The notes beneath the pieces were generated by a model, which saw only the letters and a list, made by a program, of their open reading frames with translations, did no database searches and was not told the DNA's origin. DNA of 53,844 nt from Pristiophorus japonicus (taxonomy: Eukaryota): assembly GCF_044704955.1 (NCBI RefSeq), contig NW_027251303.1, forward strand, positions 1-53,844, given 5' to 3'. Position 1 is the first letter of the stretch. Each line of letters begins with the position of its first letter. Positions 1 through 11,600 of this stretch are shown here, one piece after another. The position numbers were made by a program, and so were the translations under genes.

Positions 1-446
1 AACTTTATAATTGCTAAATTTAAAGAGATGAGGGAAGGATTGAGACAAATGGATTGGAGGATTGACCCTGATTCAGAAACCATCATTCTAATTGGTCAAA
101 TGGCTGCCAATGTGGAACTAAGGGAGGGGCGGTGGACAAGGGAAGACACATATAATGGAACTTTGAAAAGATAAATTGCAGATAGTGAGCAATTGAAATA
201 GCTGTTCCAATGGGAGTTTGTTAGCTGCCACGTTCGGGGGGAATGGAGTGAGCCAATGGTACCGACTGAAGGGAGTCACTGTTGTACATCCCTGTGCTGT
301 GAAGGGATTCTCTCTTTAAATAACACATTTATTGTATTGGGAATGGAAAGATCTCCTGCTGAAACTGCTCCCCTTTATTTACTGTATCGCTCAGGTTTTC
401 AGAATGCAAATTAAAAATCAGATTTGACCACAGGTTAAACAGCAGC

Positions 447-494
447 ATGACCAGTGTTTCATTCTTCTCATTCTACTCACACTCTGCGTTTCGT
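447..494 (+). pseudogene. Putative leader (signal peptide) exon of the V-V-TM-ITAM receptor, apparently damaged
   Basis: ATG at 447 (ATG ACC AGT GTT) is followed, after a 1-nt shift, by hydrophobic FILLILLTLCVS (458-493). It ends in phase 1 at T494 with ataagt where gtaagt is expected. Restoring one T gives MTSVFILLILLTLCVS-C-LKASPVLIQ. A possible acceptor ccacag ends at 433. Confidence 0.55.
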
Positions 495-609
495 ATAAGT
501 CTTTTATTTATTTTATTTCTCCCATTAGGTCTCCTTTTGTCTTCTGCACAAATCACTTCTGCCCTTTAATCTTTTCCAGATCCCCACTGGAGCACTTCAC
601 AGGTCATTC

Positions 610-1320
610 TCTGGGGTCTTTAACCCGGAGTGGGTCTAGGGGAGTGGTCTCTCTACACCTCCCGGGTCTGTATAAATACTGCTGGTCGATTTTAACCCGG
701 AGTGGGTCTTGGGGAGTGATCTCTGCACCTCCCGGGTCTGTATAAATACTGCCGGTCGATTTTAACCAGGACTGAGTCTTGGGGAGTGATCTCTGCACCT
801 CCCGGGTCTGTATAAATACTGCCGGTCGATTTTAACCAGGACTGGGTCTTGGGGAGTGATCTCTGCACCTCCCAGGTCTGTATAAAGACCGCCGGTCGAT
901 TTTAACCCGGAGTGGGTCTTGGGGAGTGGTCTCTGCACCTCCCAGGTCTCTATAAATACTGCCGGTCGATTTTAACCCGGAGTGGGTCTTGGGGAGTGAT
1001 CTCTGCACCTCCCGGGTCTGTATAAATACTGCCGGTCGATTTTAACCCAGAGTGGGTCTTGGGGAGTGATCTCTGCACCTCCCGGGTCTGTATAAATACT
1101 GCCGGTCGATTTTAACCCAGAGTGGGTCTTGGGGAGTGGTCTCTGCACCTCCCGGGTCTGTATAAATACCGCCGGTCAATTTTAACCCAGAGTGGGTCTT
1201 GGGGAGTGATCTCTGCACCTCCCGGGTCTGTATAAATACCGCCGGTCAATTTTAACCCAGAGTGGGTCTTGGGGAGTGATCTCTGCACCTCCCGGGTCTG
1301 TATAAAGACTGCCGCCCACT
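610..1320. repeat. 70-bp minisatellite, about 10 copies
   Basis: ggggagtg(a/g)tctctgcacc recurs at 711, 781, 851, 921, 991, 1061, 1131, 1201 and 1271. Confidence 0.95.
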
Positions 1321-1474
1321 CCAGGCTGGGAAGAGGGCACAGAGTGTCTGCTGGAGATGAAGATCCGGTGGCCCCTGGCGGCCTGACAACTTCCAGGTAA
1401 ATGGGGGAAGTGGGTTGGAGTTTGGGGCAAGGGGGATTTGTGGCCGCACAAAGGAGATTTTTTGACTTGCCTTG

Positions 1475-2520
1475 GATGGGGGGGTGGGACTGTGGATTCA
1501 GCAGGGGTCGGGGGGGAGGAACTGTGGATTCGCGGAGGGGGGGAGAGTGTGCATTGAGCGGGGGCGGGGGGGAGGAACTGTGGATTCGCGGAGGGGGGGG
1601 AGAGTGTGCATTGAGCGGGGGCGGGGGGAGGTGGACTCAGGGGGTGGGGGGAGAGTGTGGATTGAGCGGGGGAGGGGGGAGGTGGACTCGGGGGGTGGGG
1701 GGGAGTGTGGATTGAGCGGGGGTGGGGGAGGGGTGGACTCGGGGGGTGGGGGGGGAGTGTGGATTGAGCGGGGGTGGGGGAGGGGTGGACTCGGGGGGTG
1801 GGGGGGAGTGTGGATTGAGCGGGGGTGGGGGAGGGGTGGACTCGGGGGGTGGGGGGGAGTGTGGATTGAGCGGGGGTGGGGGAGGGGTGGACTCGGGGGG
1901 TGGGGGGGAGAGTGTGGATTGAGCGGGGGTGGGGGAGGGGTGGACTCGGGGGGTGGGGGGGAGAGTGTGGATTGAGCGGGGGTGGGGGAGGGGTGGACTC
2001 GGGGGGTGGGGGGGAGAGTGTGGATTGAGCGGGGGTCGGGGGGGGTGGACTCGGGGGGTGGGGGGAGGTGGACTCGGGGTGGGGGGGGGGGGTGTGGATT
2101 GAGTGGGGGGGGGAGTGTGGATTGAGTGGGGGGGGGGATGTGTGGATTGAGTGGGGGGGGGGAGTGTGGATTGAGTGGGGGGGGTGTGGGGGGAGAAAGT
2201 GTGGATTGAGCGGGGGTGGGGGGGGGGTGGACTCAGGGGGTGGGGGGAGTGTGGATTGAGCGGGGGTGGGGGGAGGTGGACTCGGGGTCGGGGGGGGAGT
2301 GTGGATTGAGCGGGGGTCGGGGGGGTGGACTCGGGGGGTGGGGGGGGAGTGTGGATTGAGCGGGGACGGGGGGGGTGGACTCGGGGGGTGGGGGGGGAGT
2401 GTGGATTGAGCGGGGACGGAGGGGGTGGACTCGGGGGGTGGGGGGAGTGTGGATTGAGCGGGGACGGGGGGGAGGTGGACTCGGGGGGGGGGGGGGGGTG
2501 GTGGGGGGGGCGGTGGATTC
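1475..2520. repeat. G-rich minisatellite (~50-bp unit, variable G runs)
   Basis: Repeated gagtgtggattgagcgggggtgggggaggggtggactcgggggg. Confidence 0.93.
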
Positions 2521-2627
2521 AGTGGACGCAGCCAAGATCTCACAAAGAGAGCTCAACAAGCTTCCCAGCTGGGCTGATTAATGATGAATGGTGTTCAGTA
2601 AGAATAAATGAAAGGTGCCGTATATAT

Positions 2628-3455
2628 CGGGAACGGTAGCATAGTGGTTATATCATTGGATGAGTAATCCAGAGGCCTGGATTAATGATCCAGAGACATG
2701 AGTTCAAATCCCACCACGGCCGCTGGGGAATTTAAATTCAGTGAATAAATAAATCTGGAATAAAAATCCAGTGTCAGTAATGGTGACCATGAAACCACCG
2801 GATTGTCATAAAAACCCATCTGGTTCATTAATGGCCTTTAGGGAAGGAAATCTGCTGCCTTTGCCCGGTCTGGCCTATATGTGACTCCAGACCCAGGTCA
2901 ATGTGGTTGACCCTTAACTGCCCTCTGAAATGGTCTAAAAAGCCACTCAGTTGTCATCATCATCACAGGCAGTCCCTCGGAATTGAGGAAGACTTGCTTC
3001 CACTCGAGAAGTGAGTTCTCAGGTGACTGAACAGTCTAATACAGGAATTACAGTCTCTGTCACAGGTGGGACACACAGTGGTTGAAGGAAAGGGTGGATG
3101 GGACTGGTTTCCCGCACTCTCCTTCTGCTACCTGCGCTTGGTTTCTGCACGATCTCGGCGACGAGACTCGAGGTGCTCAACGCCCTCCCGGATGCTCTTC
3201 CTCCACTTCGGGCGGTCTTTGGGCCAGGGATTCCCAGGTGCCAGTGGGGATGTTGCATTTTATTAGGGAGGCTTTGAGAGTGTCCTCGAAACGTTTCCTC
3301 TGCCCACCTGGGGCTCGCTTGCCGTGTCGGAGTTCGAGTAGAGCACTTGCTCTCAGTTGTATAAGGCGGCTCACCACCTCCTTCTCTAAGGCAATTAGGG
3401 ATGGGCAATAAATGCTGGCCTTACCGGCGATGCCCACGAATAAATGAATAAAAAT
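2628..3455 (+). mobile_element. tRNA-derived SINE interrupted by an RTE insertion
   Basis: A-box-like tagcatagtgg (~2637) and B-box gagttcaaatcc (~2700). The body runs to 2954 and resumes at 3361, ending in an A-rich tail (gaataaatgaataaaaa). Confidence 0.75.
2955..3351 (-). mobile_element. 5'-truncated RTE-clade LINE
   Basis: Minus-strand peptide ELRHGKRAPGGQRKRFEDTLKASL is typical of the RTE RT C-terminus. It has a (GAT)n tail and a 9-bp TSD ctcagttgt at 2946-2954 and 3352-3360. Confidence 0.85.
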
Positions 3456-3799
3456 ATTGCAAATAAACAATAGGAGGTACCCGTGCCCCAGGGGAAGGAC
3501 AGTACGTGTTGTGGGGGTAGGTAGAGCAAACCCAGAACAATACTTTCAGATATAACCAGGGCAGGAGGGCACGGTCAGGATTGTAAAGGCCAAGTTCAGG
3601 ACTCAGTTATTTGAAGACGGTGATCAAAAGCTGGAACAGGTTCCCAGGCGAGGCCAGAACACGGGACAGGTTTACAAACCGCTGGACGCTGCAATGGGAC
3701 GATGGTAGTATTGGAATTCTGGAAGGATGAGATGAAGTGGACCGAGAGCCTTCTGTATCTGAACCCACATCAGAATCTTGTGTTGGGTATCGCACAATA

Positions 3800-4640
3800 T
3801 TACTAAAACTGGCAGCTTTTTACCTGATTTTCTGATCCTTGTTGTACCAACCTCCGTGGTAAAGGCAGCAAAGAACATATCCACAGCAGGAGTTCTGAGT
3901 TCAGTTGCAGTGTGTGTGTTTTTGGGCTGCCTGTTCACACTGGGATTGTTGGTCAGTACAGGGCAATGTGGGACAGCTAAGCTCAGGATATGTTTGAACA
4001 ACTCGGCTACAAATTACTGATGATACACATTGGGGCAGATATCCCGGCCTCCCTGAGTCTGTCCGGAGTGTGTACGGACCGGGGAAGGCATCACAAAAGC
4101 CGGTTTTCGGTGTGCAATGCGCATGTGCAGAAAACCAGCTTTGAAACATACAAAAACATGTAACAATAACATTTAAAAAGCACATTTTAATGTTAAAAAC
4201 ACTGTCCACTAAGGTAAGTTTATTTTAAACCATAATGAAAAATCTTTTAAAAAAAAGTTTGAAAAATAATATTTTTTTCGAAGACATTTATTAACTTTAA
4301 TTTAAATTAATCTTAAATATGTGATGTGTTTTTTCTATTTTTTACTTGTGTTTGGATGTTGGGGGGGAGTGTTTCTCAATCATAATGAGAACTCCCACTG
4401 ACCGAGTTCCCATTATTATGAATGAGAAAATACTTGACCTGGATTGGCTGCCCAGTGCCATGTCACTCCAGCTCCAACATACATCCGTCCTGACAGACAC
4501 ACGCTCCGATGTGCAGGGAGAGTAGGCCTCAGGACCGGGATCTCTGGTGGGCGCAGCAGGAAAAGGTCGGTGCGCATCTTTTTTACCATTTTCTGTCGAG
4601 CGCCCGCGGGAAACAGAGGAGTGGGATTTCAGACCAATAT
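3800..4640. repeat. Palindrome-rich interspersed repeat, possibly a non-autonomous DNA element
   Basis: Hairpins at ~4097-4143 (aaagccggttttc / gaaaaccagcttt) and ~4383-4415 (taatgagaactc / gagttcccatta) around an AT-rich core. Boundaries are uncertain. Confidence 0.35.
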
Positions 4641-4743
4641 CCATTCGCAAACACACAGGAGATTTTATAATCACTTCGGTTTCAACTTATGACTTCATGT
4701 TGTTCCTCATCTGTTCTGATCCTCAGTTATTTACAATTCACAG

Positions 4744-5097
4744 GTCTAAAGGCAAGTCCGGTTCTTATCCAGTCCCCAGAAGTTGTGACGGTGCCCGAGG
4801 GTGGGACGGTGCAGTTTGGGTGTACCCTGGAGAGCAGCAATGTGAATGACCGTGTGGATAAATATACTGTACACTGGTACCTCTCACAGGATAGGAAACA
4901 CAAAATATTTACTCATTATGTAGATGGCAGGATTTACCGATCACACGGTGTCTCTGAGCGGTTTCAGCTTTCCAGAGATGTTGCCAGTAACAGCTACATT
5001 CTGACCATCAGAGGCGTGGAGCGCAGAGACAGCGCGGTCTATATCTGTGGTATTTGGGGATCAATCTATGGAAATGGAAACCGGCTGAATGTAACCA
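4744..5097 (+). CDS. Exon: Ig V-set domain 1 (germline-joined VJ type) of an IgSF receptor
   Basis: Acceptor ttcacag|GT at 4743/4744, donor A|gtaagt at 5097/5098, phase 1-1. The translation has B-strand Cys (QFGC), C-strand Trp (VHWY), RF..S, LTI..V...DSAVYIC and a J-like YGNGNRLNVT. Confidence 0.93.
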
Positions 5098-5629
5098 GTA
5101 AGTATATTCTACATTATATTGGTTTGATATCTAATAATGTTACAATACCAACATCTCATGTGTAAGTAAATGTTGTACAACGTTGTCACTTTTACAGTAA
5201 CAACACTGAGTGGAAATTCTAAGTACAGAATGGAGGGTGAAATCTGGGACAAACTCCATTTGTTTTTAATTTGTTTAAGTGAGCACATGGTGGGACAAAA
5301 CCTCACACACAGGATTCAACGGGAAAATACATGTTGAGGGAAAAGTGCAGTAATAGGAATAATGGTGACATACCTGGTTAAATCAGGATATTGACAGGGT
5401 ATATATATAAAACAATGCATCTCTGAGTGACTAAATCTGCACTCATCAATGCAAACAAATGAACCCTCGACCCTTTCCAAGCTGCAATACACCATCCTTC
5501 AGCCTGTTAATGTAATTCAGGAATGTGCAATCCGCTTTCAGAATGGCTGGGCGGCAAAGTAGTGCGTCTCGTTTTGGAGTTGAAAGCCAGAAAATATTTA
5601 ATAATAGAGTCCCGTGAGAAACTCGTCCG

Positions 5630-8600
5630 TGGGCCCGGAATGTACCCAATACACACAGACTGTAGTGGGTCTGGAATGTGCACAATACACACAGACTGTA
5701 GTGGGTCTGGAATGTGTCCAATACACACAGACTGTAGTGGGTCTGGAATGTGTCCAACACACACACAGACTGTAGTGGGTCTGGAATGTGTCCAATACAC
5801 ACAGACTGTAGTGGGTCTGGAATGTGCACAATACACACAGACTGTAGTGGGTCTGGAATGTGTCCAATACACACAGACTGTAGTGGGTCTGGAATGTGTC
5901 CAACACACACAGACTGTAGTGGGTCTGGAATGTGTCCAATACACACAGACTGTAGTGGGTCTGGAATGTACCCAATACACACAGACTGTAGTGGGTCTGG
6001 AATGTACCCAATACACGCAGACTGTAGTGGGTCTGGAATGTACCCAATACACACAGACTGTAGTGGGTCTGCAATGAACCCAATACGCACAGACTGTAGT
6101 GGGTCTGGAATGTACCCAATACACACAGACTGTAGTGGGTCTGGAATGTACCCAATACACACAGACTGTAGTGGGTCTGGAATGTATCCAATACACACAG
6201 ACTGTAGTGGGTCTGCAATGACCACAATACGCACAGACTGTAGTGGGACTGGAATGTATCCAATATACACAGCCTGTAGTGGGTCTGGAATGTACCTGAT
6301 ACACACAGACTGTAGTGGGTCTGAAATGTACACAATACACACAGACTGTTGTGGGTCTGGAATGTACCCAATACACACAGACTGTAGTGGGTCTGGAATG
6401 TATCCAATACACACAGACTGTAGTGGGTCTGGAATGTACCCAATACACACAGACTGTAGTGGGTCTGGAATGTACCCAATACACACAGACTGTAGTGGTT
6501 CTGGAATGTACCCAATACACACAGACTGTAGTGGGTCTGGAATGTACACAATACACACAGACTGTAGTGGGTCTGCAATGTACATTATACACACAGACTG
6601 TAGTGGGTCTGGAATGTACCCAATACACGCAGACTGTAGTGGGTCTGGAATGTACCCAATACACACAGACTGTCGTGGGTCTGGAATGTACCCAATACAC
6701 ACAGACTGTAGTGGGTCTGGAATGTATCCAATACACACAGACTGTAGTGGGTCTGCAATGAACCCAATACGCACAGACTGTAGTGGGACTGGAATGTATC
6801 CAATATACACAGCCTGTAGTGGGTCTGCAATGAACCCAATACGCACAGACTGTAGTGGGACTGGAATGTATCCAATACACACAGACTGTAGTGGGTCTGC
6901 AATGAACCCAATACGCACAGACTGTAGTGGGACTGGAATGTATCCAATACACACAGACTATAGTGGGTCTGGAATGTACCTGATACACACAGACTGTAGT
7001 GGGTCTGAAATGTACACAATACACACAGACTGTAGTGGGTCTGGAATGTACCCAATACACACAGACTGTAGTGGGTCTGGAATGTACCCAATACACACAG
7101 ACTGTAGTGGGTCTGGAATGTACCCAATATACACAGACTGTAGTGGGTCTGGAATGTACCCAATACAAAAAGACTGTAGTTGGTCTGGAATGTACCCAGT
7201 ACACACAGACTGTAGTGGGTCTGGAATGTACCCAGTACACACAGACTGTAGTGGGTCTGGAATGTACCCAGTACACACAGACTGTAGTGGGTCTGGAATG
7301 TACCCAGTACACACAGACTGTAATTGGTCTGGAATGTACCCAGTACACACAGACTGTAGTGGGTCTGGAATGTACCCAATACACACGGACTGTCGTGGGT
7401 CTGGAATGTACCCAATACATACAGACTGTAGTTGGTCTGGAATGTGCCCAGTACACACAGATTGTAGTGGGTCTGGAATGTACCCAATACACACGGACTG
7501 TAGTGGGTCTGGAATGTACCCAATACATACAGACTGTAGTTGGTCTGGAATGAACCCAATACACACACACTGTAGTTGGTCTGGAATGTACCCAATACAC
7601 ACAGACTGCAGTGGGTGTGGAATATACCCAATACACACAAACTGTCGTGTGTCTGGAATGTGCCCAATACGCACAGACTGTAGTGGGTCTGGAATGTACC
7701 CAATACACACAGACTGTAGTGGGTCTGGAATGTACCCAATACACACGGACTGTAGTGGGTCTGGAATGTACCCAATACACGCAGACTGTAGTGGGTCTGG
7801 AATGTGCCCAGTACACACAGACTGTAGTGGGTCTGGAATGTACCCAATACACACGGACTGTAGTGGGTCTGGAATGTACCCAATACAAAAAGACTGTAGT
7901 TGGTCTGGAATGTACCAAGTACACACAGACTGTAGTGGGTCTGGAATGTACCCAGTACACACAGACTGTAGTGGGTCTGGAATATACCCAATACACACAG
8001 ACTGTAGTGGGTCTGGAATGTACCCAGTACACACAGACTGTAGTTGGTCTGGAATGTACCCAGTACACACAGACTGTAGTGGGTCTGGAATGTACCCAGT
8101 ACACACAGACTGTAGTGGGTCTGGAATGTACCCAGTGCACACAGACTGTACTGGGTCTGGAATGTACCCAGTACACACAGACTGTCGTGGGTCTGGAATG
8201 TACCCAATGCACACAGACTGTAGTGGGTCTGGAATGTACCCAATACACACAGACTGTAGTGCGTCTGGAATGTGCCCAATACACACAGACTGTAGTGGGT
8301 CTGGAATGTACCCAATACACACAGACTGTAGTGCGTCTGGAATGTACCCAATACACACAGACTGTAGTGCGTCTGGAATGTGCCCAATACACACAGACTG
8401 TAGTGGGTCTGGAATGTACCCAATACACACAGACTGTAGTGGGTCTGGAATATACACAATACACACAGACTGTAGTGGGTCTGGAATGTACCCAATACAC
8501 ACAGACTGTAGTGGGTCTGGAATGTACCCAATACACACAGACTGTAGTGGGTCTGGAATGTACACAATACACACAGACTGCAATGGGTCTGGAATGTACC

Positions 8601-11600
8601 CAATACACACAGACTGTAGTGGGTCTGGAATGTACCCAATACACACAGACTGTAGTGGGTCTGGAATGTACACAATACACACAGACTGTAATGGGTCTGG
8701 AATGTACCCAATACACACAAACTGTCGTGTGTCTGGAATGTGCCCAATACACACAGACTGTAGTGGGTCTGGAATGTACCCAATACACACAGACTGTAGT
8801 TGGTCTGGAATGTGCCCAGTACACACAGACTGAAGTGGGTCTGGAATGTACCCAATACACACGGACTGTAGTGGGTCTGGAATGTACCCAATACATACAG
8901 ACTGTAGTTGGTCTGGAATGTACCCAGTACACACAGACTGTAGTGGGTCTGGAATGTACCCAGTACACACAAACTGTCGTGTGTCTGGAATGTGCCCAAT
9001 ACACACAGACTGTAGTGGGTCAGGAATGTACCCAATACAGGCAGACTGTAGTGGGTCTGGAATGTGCCCAGTACACACAGACTGTAGTGGGTCTGGAATG
9101 TACCCAATACACACGGACTGTAGTGGGTCTGGAATGTACCCAGTACACACAGACTGTAGTGGGTCTGGAATGTACCCAGTGCACACAGACTGTAGTGGGT
9201 CTGGAATGTACCCAATGCACACAGACTGTCGTGGGTCTGGAATGTACCCAATACACACAGACTGTCGTGGGTCTGGAATGTACACAATACACACAGACTG
9301 TAATGGGTCTGGAATATACCCAATACACACACACTGTAGTTGGTCTGGAATGTACCCAATACACACAGATTGTAGTGGGTCTGGAACATACCCAATACAC
9401 ACAGACTGTAGTGGGTCTGGAATGTACCGAATACACACAGACTGTATTGGGTCTGGAATGTACCCAATACACACGGACTGTCGTGGGTCTGGAATGTACC
9501 CAATACATACAGACTGTAGTTGGTCTGGAATGTGCCCAGTACACACAGATTGTAGTGGGTCTGGAATGTACCCAATACACACGGACTGTAGTGGGTCTGG
9601 AATGTACCCAATACATACAGACTGTAGTTGGTCTGGAATGAACCCAATACACACACACTGTAGTTGGTCTGGAATGTACCCAATACACACAGACTGCAGT
9701 GGGTGTGGAATATACCCAATACACACAAACTGTCGTGTGTCTGGAATGTGCCCAATACGCACAGACTGTAGTGGGTCTGGAATGTACCCAATACACACAG
9801 ACTGTAGTTGTTCTGGAATGTACACAATACACACAGACTGCAGTGGGTCTGGAATGTACACAATACACACAGACTGTAATGGGTCTGGAATATACCCAAT
9901 ACACACAGACTGTAGTTGGTCTGGAATATACCCAATACACACAGACTGTAGTTGGTCTGGAATGTACCCAATACACACAGATTGTAGTGGGTCTGGAACA
10001 TACCCAATACACACAGACTGTAGTGGGTCTGGAATGTACCGAATACACACAGACTGTAGTGGGTCTGGAATGTACCCAATACACACAGACTGTAGTGGGT
10101 CTGGAATGTACCCAATACATACAGACTGTAGTGGGTCTGGAATGTACACAATACACACAGACTGCAGTGGGTCTGGAATATACCCAATACAAACAGACTA
10201 TAGTGGGTCTGGAACGTACCCAATACACAGAGACTGTAATGGGTCTGGAATGTACCCAATACACACAGACTGTAGTGGGTCTGGAATGTACCCAATACAC
10301 ACAGACTGCAGTTGGTCTGGAATGTACCCAATACACACAGACTGTAGTGGGTCTGGAATGTACCCAATACACACAGACTGTAGTGGGTCTGGAATGTGCC
10401 CAATACACACAGACTGTAGTGGGTCTAGAATGTACCCAATACACGCAGACTGTAGTGGGTCTGGAATGTGCCCAATACACACAGACTGTAGTGGGTCGGG
10501 AATGTACCCAATACACACAGACTGTCGTGGGTCTGGAATGTACCCAATACACACAGACTGCAGTGGGTCTGGAATGTACCCAATACACACGGACTGTAGT
10601 GGGTCGGGAATGTACCCAATACACACAGACTGTAGTGGGTCTGGAATATACCCAATACAAACAGACTATAGTAGGTCTGGAATGTACCCAATACACACAG
10701 ACTGTAGTGGGTCTGGAATGTACCCAATACACACGGACTGTAGTGGGTCTGGAATGTACCCAATACACACAGACTGCAATTGGTCTGGAATGTGCCCAAT
10801 ACACACAGACTGTAGTGGGTCTGGAATGTACCCAGTACACACAGACTGTCGTGGGTCTGGAATGTACCCAATGCACACAGACTTTAGTGGGTCTGGAATG
10901 TACCCAATACACACGGACTGTAGTGGGTCTGGAATGTACCCAATGCACGCAGACTGTAGTGGGTCTGGAATGTGCCCAGTACACACAGACTGTAGTGGGT
11001 CTGGAATGTACCCAATGCACACGGACTGCAGTGGGTCTGGAATGTACCCAATACAAAAAGACTGTAGTTGGTCTGGAATGTACCCAGTACACACAGACTG
11101 TAGTGGGTCTGGAATGTACCCAGTACACACAGACTGTAGTGGGTCTGGAATATACCCAGTACACACAGACTGTAGTGGGTCTGGAATGTACCCAGTACAC
11201 ACAGACTGTAGTTGGTCTGGAATGTACCCAGTACACACAGACTGTAGTGGGTCTGGAATGTACCCAGTACACACAGACTGTAGTGGGTCTGGAATGTACC
11301 CAGTGCACACAGACTGTAGTGGGTCTGGAATGTACCCAGTACACACAGACTGTTGTGGGTCTGGAATGTACCCAATGCACACAGACTGCAGTGGGTCTGG
11401 AATGTACCCAATACACACAGACTGTAGTGCGTCTGGAATGTGCCCAATACACACAGACTGTAGTGGGTCTGGAATGTACACAATACACACTGACTGTAAT
11501 GGGTCTGGAATATACCCAATACACACAGACTGTAGTGCGTCTGGAATGTGCCCAATACACACAGACTGTAGTGGGTCTGGAATGTACCCAATACACACAG

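Noticed and set aside
1-60. Very old CR1 ORF2 remnant (NFIIAKFKEMREGLRQMDW)
   Set aside because: Suggestive, but too short and cut by the window edge to call.
501-580. Acceptor-like tttctcccattag|GT at 528
   Set aside because: It is only ~34 nt from the leader donor position, too short for a normal intron, and no recognisable coding sequence follows.
1182-2639. Pro-rich and Gly-rich ORFs (also 24680-27052 and 49915-51085)
   Set aside because: They are translations of G/C-run minisatellites.
2628-2720. tRNA gene
   Set aside because: It has A/B boxes but no cloverleaf, and it continues into a SINE body.
4689-5165. ORF-track boundaries for the V ORFs (4689-5165 and 29522-30109) as single-exon genes
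   Set aside because: The N- and C-terminal extensions are intronic read-through; splice sites delimit the domains precisely.
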